Assembly (NCBI GenBank): GCA_951406725.2
Contig: OX597830.1
Location: 24,924,001-24,988,000, forward strand
Length of the DNA: 64,000 nucleotides
Reading direction: 5' to 3'
Source: Octopus vulgaris
Taxonomy: Eukaryota
Each line of letters starts with the position of its first letter. The stretch's first letter is position 1. The notes below the pieces were generated by a model. The model worked only from the letters and a program-made list of their open reading frames with translations, was not told the origin of the DNA and searched no databases. Position numbers and translations under genes: made by a program. Below, piece after piece: positions 54,270 to 64,000 of this stretch.

Positions 54270-54568
54270 TCCGTCGGTTACGACGACGAGGGTTCCAGTT
54301 GATCTGATCAACCGAACAACCTGCTAGTGAAATTAACGCGGAAGTGGCTGAGCACTCTACAGATACATGTACCCTTTACGTAGTTCTCAGGGAGTTTCAG
54401 TGTGACACACAGAATGTGACAAGGTTGGCCCTTTGAAATACAAGTACAACCCACTCTTGCCAGTGACTGAACTAGAGCAACATAAAATAAAAGAGCACAA
54501 CACGCCGCCGGGTATCGAACTCACGATCTAGAGCCGAATATTCTAAACACTTAGCCACGCGCCTTCAC
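54270..54568 (-). mobile_element. tRNA-derived SINE family C inserted in an older repeat (54180-54700)
   Basis: Minus-strand head gaaggcgcgtggctaagtg...gagttcgataccc. Confidence 0.7.
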
Positions 54569-55517
54569 TATCAGTCTATCTAAGATTACATTATCCAATA
54601 TGGTCTTCCTTTTCTTTTTCATGATAGAAAGATACGATTTGAAGTAGATTTGTCTGTTATTTCTAGCAAGACAAATGATCCCATAGCTGCTCCCTCCATA
54701 GCTGTTATTTTCGTTAATTCGGTAGTTGATCCTAATTCAGGCCTATTGCCAGACTTCAATGCCTGGAGGTGCTTCAGAATATTCTGGCTGGGCACTAATT
54801 TGTAATAATGCTAAAGTGGAATTTCGATATAAGTATATCACTGTAAATCTGAGGGTCCACCACTGAATAGTGAGTGGGCAGTGCCGTCCACTGCATCCCC
54901 TTAGCGACAGGTATGCCCTAACTGACGTTGAATTAATCACGCAAAGAGAAAAGGGACAACGCCTCTTACCTTTGCTTTACTCACTCCGACTAACAAGGTG
55001 GATGCCACCAAATTTCAGAAGACCAGCGCGCTGTATTCATTGAATCAAAGTTAATACGAATGGACAACAAACTAACATTATTTTATTTTCACTTCACTGT
55101 TCAAAAGATAACGCCCAAAGTTCAATATCAAATAACAGCTTTTGTTTTGCATGAAAAAAAAAAGAAAAGAAAATTTAAGAAAAAGTATATCAGATATTGT
55201 TTATATCGAAACCATGATATCATATTCATTACTTTATTTCTTTCTATTAATGCTTTAATCCATTCGGTTCTGAATAATATTAATGTATCGACGTAACCAT
55301 AGATTGGTTCCGCGCCTTAATATCAGATTGAAAGTTCTTCAATATCATTCCAGTAATTAAAATCCCAAGAGATATTCGCAATATTTCGGGTTGAAATTAT
55401 ACACGGACACCGCCAGGCATTTTATTGTACCAACAAAGCCTAATAAACATACGCACGCGGAAATAGGCGCGCGCACGCACACACACACGTAGAAATATGT
55501 GAGAATGTGTGTGTGTG

Positions 55518-55553
<36 letters not shown>

Positions 55554-56593
55554 CACACACACACACATTTATATACATGTGTATACACACATACCGAAAT
55601 ATATGCACACACGCAGCTAGATATACACACACACACATATATATATACACACACACGTAAGGCATATAAAAGACATATACATACATGCATGTGTGTATAT
55701 ATGTCTGTGTGTTCTATGGGTGTATACTTGGCTGAAAATAAGTATCAATTCATCATTAAATCACTTAAATACTTTTTTTTTGTCATTCTGAATGAACAAA
55801 TACTACAAAACAATTCTACACAGAAAAATATTTTAAAATATTAATTACATGAAAAAAATCTACTCAGACAAACACTAATTATAGTATAAAATGAACGTTA
55901 AGAAATATTAACTATATTATGTAATCAACACATATGATATTACACGTCTGTTATATTTCTAATCTACTTTGTCTACACTAACTCAAGTAAATAACTAACG
56001 CCTTACTTGCATTTCAATGTTCCAACGTACTCGGTGATAGACCTCGAAAAATTTTAGCCAACAGCTGGTTAAATGGTATTAAAATATTCCTGTATAAGGC
56101 CGGCTCAAGGTACCGGCAACTCGGGCAGTCGCCCGAGTCACCATGTGCTAGGAGGCGCCAAGGAGGGCGTGACGAAGACAAGGAAATTTCCACGACCGTC
56201 AGCTTGTACACGCTGAAGTTCAGCTTGCCCGGGCTGCCAGCAACCCTTTTTTTTTTCTCTCTCTCTCTCTCTCATTTCAGCTGTTGTACTATGGTCATGC
56301 TGGAGCACTCTCTTGAAGTGATTAGCCGTAATACACGCTAGTAGCTTTTTTTAAAAAATCTGGTTCTTGTTCTATCACTTTATTTTGCTGAACTGCTAAA
56401 TTATGGGTATTTCTTTATTATCCACTAGGGGCCACATAGAGGGGACAATACAAACTGCTAAATTATGGGTGTCATCAAATCATCACTAGTCTAGCAATAA
56501 GGTGAGAACAAACAAAAAAGCGTGCATACACGGACAAAAGTCACGAAGGTGTTTCAATATTCAATAAGTTCTTTATCTTTTGTTTTAAATTTA

Positions 56594-57422
56594 TTGGGTT
56601 GAGGAATAATTTATGAGCGTTCATTTTTTTTTTTAAATTACTTTAAACAAACAACAAAAACTACAACAGATTAATCACTAATATACTTTTCGTTGCTGTT
56701 TACGACTTTCTCCTATTGTTCAATAAGTTTTTCGATGCTTCAACGACAGAAATCTCCCGTCTTGAGTCAAAAAATTCGTCCAACCAGGCTCTCAATTCCA
56801 CGTCATTGTTGAACGCTTCCCCGCGCAGAGCGTTCGAAAGCAGTCGAAAGAGATGAAAATCTGACGGCCCCACGCCTGGAGAGTCTGGAGAGTCTGGAGG
56901 ATGAGCACCACTTCCCATTCGAGCTCTTGAATCGCGGCTTTTGTCGTATTTGTGATGTGAACCTTGGCTCCACCAATTCTCTGGTCGTTTGACGTGAATT
57001 TTTGTGAAGAAGTTAATTTAATCGCTCTTCATCGAAAACAGTTGGTCGACCGATGTGTGATCCGTCCTTGAGGTCAAAATTCCCATTTTTGAAGCGCAAA
57101 AACCAACGGCGGGCGATACTTTGAGGCATTGCTCCTTCTCCATACACAGCACGAATCTCCACGAGCAGCTTCGGAGGGCTTAACACCTCGTTTAAATGCA
57201 AAAAGCAAATGGCGTCGAAAATGCTCAGTTTTGTCCACTTGACATTGCATTTTAAGGATATTGAAAATACACAAAAATCAATAAAATTAAATAATCAAAA
57301 CATTTCTATCTTGTAAAGCAAAAAACTCTCTTTTAAATAACAAGACATTTCGACAAAGCGATTCATTTCTGCGTGCATTTTCGAATTTGAGAAAAACGCT
57401 CATGAATTATTCCTCAACCCAA
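56594..57422 (-). mobile_element. internally deleted mariner with both TIRs
   Basis: TA|ttgggttgaggaataatttatgagcgtt ... aacgctcatgaattattcctcaacccaa|TA; RRWFLRFKNGNFDLKD and PSDFHLF motifs. Confidence 0.92.
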
Positions 57423-57435
57423 TACAATACCCCAG

Positions 57436-57489
<54 letters not shown>

Positions 57490-57491
<2 letters not shown>

Positions 57492-57878
57492 TCTTACTCT
57501 TTACTCTTTTACTTGTTTCAGTCATTTGACTGCGGCCATGCTGCAGCACCGCCTTTAGTCGAGCAAATCGACCCCGGGACTTATTCTTTGTAAGCCCAGT
57601 ACTTATTCTATCGGTCTCTTTTGCCGAACCGCTAAGTGACGGGGACGTAAACACACCAGCATCGGTTGTCAAGCAATGCTAGAGGGACAAACACAGACAC
57701 ACAAACACACAGATACATATACATATATACGACAGGCTTCTTTCAGTTTCTGTCTACCAAATCCACTCACAAGGCATTGGTCGGCCCGAGGCTATAGCAG
57801 AAGACACTTGCCCAAGATGCCATGCAGTGGGACTGAACCCGGAACCATGTGGTTGGTTAGCAAGCTACTTACCACACA
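57490..57878 (-). mobile_element. young SINE family A
   Basis: Reverse complement of the family, CpG-rich. Confidence 0.88.
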
Positions 57879-57984
57879 AATGTAAGCTAGGTAGGAACAG
57901 TCACATCTAAATAAAAAAAATTATTTTTAAAGTTTATTAAAATGTCATGGCTTTCCATCACATTTAGCCCACCTTGTGTGTCTG

Positions 57985-58083
57985 TGTGTGTATATATATA
58001 TATACATATATATATACATATATATATACATATATATACATAGATATATACATATATATATACATACATATATATATATATAT

Positions 58084-58114
<31 letters not shown>

Positions 58115-58122
58115 CATACATA

Positions 58123-58204
<82 letters not shown>

Positions 58205-58248
58205 CATATATATACATATATACACACACACACACATATATATATATA

Positions 58249-58318
<70 letters not shown>

Positions 58319-58359
58319 TATATACATGTATATACATATTCATATACATATACATACAT

Positions 58360-58390
<31 letters not shown>

Positions 58391-58414
58391 TATAAATATA
58401 TATGTGTGTGTGTG
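57985..58414. repeat. (TA)/(CA) compound microsatellite
   Basis: Read directly from the sequence. Confidence 0.95.
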
Positions 58415-58581
58415 TTCTGAAATTTGGTGGCATCCACCTTGTTAGTCGGAGTGAATAAAGCAAAGGTAAGAGGCGTTGTCCCTTTTCTCTTTGCGTGACT
58501 AATTCAACGTCAGTTAGGGCATACCTGTCGCTAAGGGGGTGCAGTGGACGGCACTGCCCACTCACTATTCAGTGGTGGACC
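58415..58581 (-). repeat. 167-bp inverted copy of 54854-55020
   Basis: About three mismatches by eye; lies between a microsatellite and a SINE head. Confidence 0.92.
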
Positions 58582-58585
58582 ACAA

Positions 58586-58802
58586 GGCGGCGAGCTAGTA
58601 GAAACGTTAGCACGCCGGGCGAAATTCGTCTGTCGTTAAGTTCCGAGTTCAAATTCCGCCGAGGTCGACTTTGCCTTTCATCCTTTCGAGGTCGATAAAT
58701 TAAGTGCCAGTTACGCTGGTATCGATGTAGTCGACTTAATCCCTTTGCCTGTCCTTGTTTGTCCCCTTTGTGTTTAGCCCCTTGTGGGTAGTAAAGAAAT
58801 AA
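58586..58802 (+). mobile_element. SINE family B
   Basis: ggcggcgagct...gagttcaaattccgccgaggtcgac...gtgggtagtaaagaaata. Confidence 0.88.
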
Positions 58803-58827
58803 ATATATATATATATATAAATTATTA

Positions 58828-59140
58828 TTTAGGGTATCTAAGAGACACCACCACGCTGGAAATAGCAGTCAAAACTTGACTCTAAAATCACATTAAATGT
58901 TCATACAGCACCAGGAGAGAAGACGAAGAGACAAAATATCTTAGTGTATTCCACTGATGAAGGCAAAGCATTTCTTATGCAAAGCCAGAAATCCGGCATC
59001 TGGAATTATCCAGTAATTTTTTGCTAGTTTATTTTGTCTCTTCGTCTTCTCTCTTGGTGCTGTATGAACATTTAATGTGGTTTTAGAGTCAAGTTTTGAC
59101 TGCTATTTCCAGCATGTTGGTGTCTCTTAGATACCCTAAA
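58828..59140 (+). mobile_element. non-autonomous PLE-type hairpin element with 111-bp inverted arms
   Basis: 58828-58938 is inverted relative to 59030-59140 with a few mismatches; AT-repeat flanks. Confidence 0.8.
58948..59006 (+). ncRNA. type I hammerhead ribozyme, best-preserved candidate
   Basis: attcca CTGATGA aggc aaa gcat ttctt atgc aaa gcca GAAA tccggca TC tggaat: 6-bp stem I, intact core, predicted AUC cleavage after 59000. Confidence 0.75.
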
Positions 59141-59229
59141 TTATAATTTAAAATAATTATTACCTTTGAAAGGTTTTTATTCCCATGCTGGCCACCTGAT
59201 AAGATCGGTATTTTAAATATCGATCTTAT

Positions 59230-59269
<40 letters not shown>

Positions 59270-61584
59270 GCACGCACGCACGCACACGCACACACACACT
59301 CTCTCTCTCTCTTTCACACACACACGCGTGCGCGCAGTAGACTTCCACACAGTTTTCATCTATCAAAATCATTATTTACTCACAAGGCATTGGTCGACCC
59401 GAGATTATATAGTAGAGAGTATATAGTCCAAGGTGCCGCGCAGTGAGACTGAACCTGAAACCATGTAGTTAACAACCTTCTTATTCACACAGTTATGACT
59501 GTGTCTATCACTAATCATACTATGTACGTACACAGGAAAAATACGCTTCACTGTATTTGTTTCAATATTTTACGTCCTGAGTTCAAATCCGGCAAGGATC
59601 AACTTTATCTTACATCTTACCGGGATCGCTAAGATTAAGTATCTGTCAAGTAATGGGAACAATGGTATCACCTGATCCCCTTAAAATCTGCTGAGCTTTT
59701 GCCTAAATTATGAAACCATTAGTTATATATGCACACATATATACATAAGTATATAATGTTTGTTATTATGTAATAATCACATAAGCTGACAGAATCGTCA
59801 GCACGCCTGCAAAAATGCTTATCGGCATTTCGTCCGTCTCTACGTTCTGAGTTCAAATTCCGCCAAGGTCGGCTTTGCCTTTCATCCTTTCGGGCTCAGT
59901 AAAATAAATACCAGTTGAGCACTGGGGTCAATGTAATATACTCACCCCACCCATAGCCCGAAATTTATGACCTTGTGCCAGACTTTGAAATTATTACATA
60001 AAGGTACTAGCAATCCTATACAATCTACTTCGATATATATTGGTTTCAAATTTTGACTCCAAGACAGCAATTTCGAGGTAGTGGGTAAATCGATTACACC
60101 GACCGCAGTGTTTAACTGGTACTTCAATCGATCTCGAAACGATGAAAGGCAAAGTTGATCTCGGCGGAATTTGAACTCAGAACGTAAAGATGGACGAAAT
60201 GCCGCTAAGCAGTTTGCCCGGCGTGCTAACGTTTCTGCCAGCTCACCGCCTTAACTAAGATAGATATTATTAACCATATTTGATGACATAAAAGACACAC
60301 AACCGTATTAAACGTACCCCAGTTTCAGTAGTGCATATTCAAGAAAATGAAGTTCTTAATGCATTAAAGCTTTTGCACAGTACCCAGGGCGATTTTTTTA
60401 TGCATCTTATACACCATCACATACAATATATTTTATAGTATTCTAAATGTTTTATGCAAATTATACATGGGTTACATTCAACTACACAGACAAATGAGAA
60501 CGTAAAAAAAAAATCAGTCTCCCTAAAGCAGATGGATAACCGTTTAAACGAAGCCAATTAAATTATTAGGGTTACTGAAAGGATGAAAGACAATGTCAAG
60601 CTTATCATGATTTACACTTTGAATGTAGTAAGAAGTTACTAAGTACGATCACACTTAATGCTCGAAATACAATTTTCTACATTTGCACGAAATTCCCGCC
60701 CTTAATGTATATAAATACTAGTTTGATTATAAAATATACTAAGACTAATTTCTGGTTTGTTTTGACAATGGGCAAGGTTGGTTTCTTTTGAAATATATAG
60801 AATCGTTGTCGAAAATATATTAATCTGTGGTATATCATTTGTTTGTTTTAATGACCCAGGAGGATAAAAATCAAAATCAACTCTGTCTGGAGTCAAAATA
60901 TATATACAATCTTGATTATCATTATAGGCAAATATTTATTTCTTTAAATAGAAAATTATACATTTTAGAATTATCCCTCTTATCTAAGAGGCATAATTCA
61001 TCCATGCGTTATTAAAAGAAGAAAAATAGCATAAAATGTATATTTTTCTTTGTTGTATATCATCATCATCATTTAATGTCCAATTTCTCATGCTTGCTCG
61101 AGCCAGATGGAATTTATTGAGGCAGATTTTTCTACAACTAGATGCCATCCCCGTGGACATTGCTCACCTGTTTCCATATATTGTAAACTATTTAAGGTTC
61201 TTAACTTAATTGACGACAAGGATAATTAAAATAGTTACAAGAAGGGCGGTAAAAGAACGTTTTTCTTTGACACACATGGTCACATTTGCACTCATACATA
61301 CACACACATACACACACACACATACATACATACATACATACATACATACATACATACGCACACCCATGCAATTATAAGTCCAGGAAAAGAGAACATTTAT
61401 GACGAATTACTACGAAACTTACAGCTCTTGTACCCTGACTATGAATTCGCATTTATATCTATCATCATAGTTGCATTAGGTTATATACCAACAAATTTAC
61501 ACAAAAACCTAGAAATATTCGGTTTCACAGAGAAAGAGCCAAAGAAAGTGACGCAGATTCTCCAAAGATGCTTTACCGAAAAAT

Positions 61585-61890
61585 TTATTGGCGTTGTTCC
61601 TGAATAGGACGCAACGAGTGTGTGTCTGACAGAAAAGATATATGTTTGGAAGGTGGCATCCTTCCTCTTAGACCTGTACTGCTTTCTTTCCTTTACTCGT
61701 GGGTCAAGGGATTAACTTCAGTCCGGTTTTGTGTTGAAGAACTGGGGATGAGCCACTGCACAACTTTTGACTACAACAGCTATGTTCGAGAAAATATGTG
61801 CGGAAGACCTGTTCTGCAACACAATTCAGATTGGCGGTCCTGGGAAGATTATTAAGATAGATGTGAGTTTATGAGGCACAAAAGAAACTA
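61585..61890 (+). mobile_element. Merlin (IS1595-like) transposase remnant
   Basis: WRCS...FLYSW..LTSVRFCVEELGMS..T.DYNSYVRE..CAEDL...IGGPGKIIKID. Confidence 0.75.
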
Positions 61891-62343
61891 AAATTGAAAT
61901 TTGTTTGGGAGACTCCTAGAGTGTATCTCAATCTTTCGTTTTTGAATTTTCGCTCCAAAAAATGTATCAATTGTTTACATAAATTGACTTTCGTCGTCGT
62001 AATGTTTTTTCCTTTCCTTTTGTTTAATAAAAATTTGTCGTCGTAATGTTGTGATAGTCAGCTATCACGCACAAAATGCCAGCTTCCAAATCCTGTTTTC
62101 TGATTGGGTATAAATCATCAAAATTTAAACCTATGTAACATTTTACTAAAAATTTTCTGAAACAAGTGAATAACAAAATCAGATTCAGCGTGAAAAATTA
62201 CATCAATATACCAAATATGAAAATTTCCACCCAAATTTAAAATTTCAAAAACAGTGAGAGCAACAGAAAAGATCTCACAGCTATATTCACTTGTTTCGGC
62301 CAGAGGCTGTGACCATTCTGAAGTACCGGCATTAACTAACAAG

Positions 62344-62410
62344 TTCCCACACCAGGGATCGAACCCAAGACACCTTGGTGGAAGAAAGGAATCCTAACCA
62401 CTAAAGTTAT
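62344..62410 (-). pseudogene. tRNA pseudogene (Glu-like body, 5' acceptor strand lost)
   Basis: tagtggttaggattcctttcttccaccaaggtgtcttgggttcgatccctggtgtgggaa. Confidence 0.65.
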
Positions 62411-63018
62411 TGATTAACATTTTTACAATTAATTATCGATTGAATCAATCTAATATCTTCTATAATAATTATTGTAGCTTCTTAATTATACTTCCATTAT
62501 TCACTTTATAGACGGAAACAAACGAAGACACTCTCAGAATTACCGGCAACAATCTTGAGGCTGAGATGCTGGAACAACCACGTGCCGTCGCAAGGAACTG
62601 AAACCGAGTTTCAGAGTTAGTTTAGCAGACGGAAGATCGCCCTTACAGTACATGACATTCGTCTTTCAGACAAATATTTTTTCTGTTGGATTTTTTTATG
62701 AACAGGCGTAAAGCCAGCCTACATAAGTAGAGTGTAACATCGATTGAGTCAATGCCAATATATAAATATATAACTGCCACTTGAAGGCGGTGAGCTGGCA
62801 GAATCGTTAGCATCTCGGGCAAAGTGTTTCGCTGCGTTTTATCTGTCTTTATGTTCTGAGTTCAAATTCTGCCGAGGTCGACTTTGCCTTTTTGTCCTTG
62901 GAAGATCGATAAAATAAGTACCAGTTGAGCACTGGGCTCGACGTAGTCGACTTACCCCCTTCCCCCGAAATAGCTGGCCTTGTGCCAAAATTTGAAATGA
63001 ATATGTTACTGCTACTTC

Positions 63019-63055
<37 letters not shown>

Positions 63056-63563
63056 TCGCTGAGATAAAATACAAAAAAATACCACAGCAGCATTTGAACT
63101 CGGAAAGTTGAAGAATGAACTGAAAGTAAATACTGTGACAGGTTTTGGCCCGTATTCTACTATATTTTGCCAAATCGTCACCTTTTAGGTATTGACAAAA
63201 TATCAACAACATTAAATAATGTGGAAAGAAAATATTTGTATTGGTGTATTAGAGAAACAACTCCACATAATAGTTTAAAGCTCCCACACCCTTGAAAGAC
63301 TACATTTTATCATCAAATATGTAAAATATGTTTATGAAGATTTTCTCTTAATAGTAACAGTAAATGGATCAGCCATTTTGCTGTGTTAACTTCCTGTCGT
63401 TTCAATGCATTCGTTGTTCTTAACATTCCCTCCCAGTATTTTATTTGTGTCAAAAGTAATTAAAATGTACAACTTTGAAGCAGTTTATTAAAGAAACCGA
63501 AAACTAATATCTGATTATTTTTAAACTCCTGTGTTTGGTTGCTATATTTATTTTGTTGGTTTG

Positions 63564-63604
<41 letters not shown>

Positions 63605-64000
63605 TGTTACTTTTTGTTAACATTTTGACTAAATTAAAATGTCGGGAATATTTATATTTCTAAATTCGTACTAATATCCATGTTAAGATTGATTTCAAAT
63701 TTTGGCACAAAGCCAGCAATTTCAGGGGAGAGATAAGTCGCTTACATCGACGCCAGTGTTCATCTGGTTCTTATTTTATCGGTCCCGGAAGGATGAAAGG
63801 TAAAGCGAGCCTCAGCGGAATTTGAACTCAGAGGAGGAGAGGCAAGTCGATCACATCGACTCCAGAGCTCAGCTGGTACCCATGTTATCGACCCTGAAAG
63901 GATGAATGGCTAAGTCAACCCCGGCATAGCCATGTTAATATTGAATGTAATTTAAGGTGGTGCTGGTTGAATCTTTCGCACGCCGGACAAAATGCTTAGC

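Overview
Repeat-dominated, AT-rich animal DNA with one 100-N scaffold gap (45397-45496). The SINE families and RTE LINE match what I recognise from coleoid cephalopods, most likely Octopus (inference). I could not identify an intact host protein-coding gene. Every ORF I can assign belongs to a decayed transposable element: RTE, Dong/R4-like, L1/Tx1, Penelope-like (PLE), Gypsy, mariner, maT/Tc1, Merlin, Chapaev3-like, Helitron, and hAT/piggyBac MITEs. Most other listed ORFs are microsatellite artefacts. Three patterns stand out. (1) Several insertions, mostly in (TA)n tracts, are near-identical copies of sequence only 0.4-3.5 kb away. Two consist of oppositely oriented pieces, the same geometry as the PLE insertions here, suggesting a recurrent local templated-insertion process. 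(2) About nine diverse minimal hammerhead-ribozyme-like motifs lie in PLE-type inverted repeats. (3) CpG depletion drops sharply at about 30.5-31 kb, suggesting a methylated gene body to the left and a promoter near 31.4-31.7 kb. All alignments and coordinates were read by eye; repeat ends are approximate.
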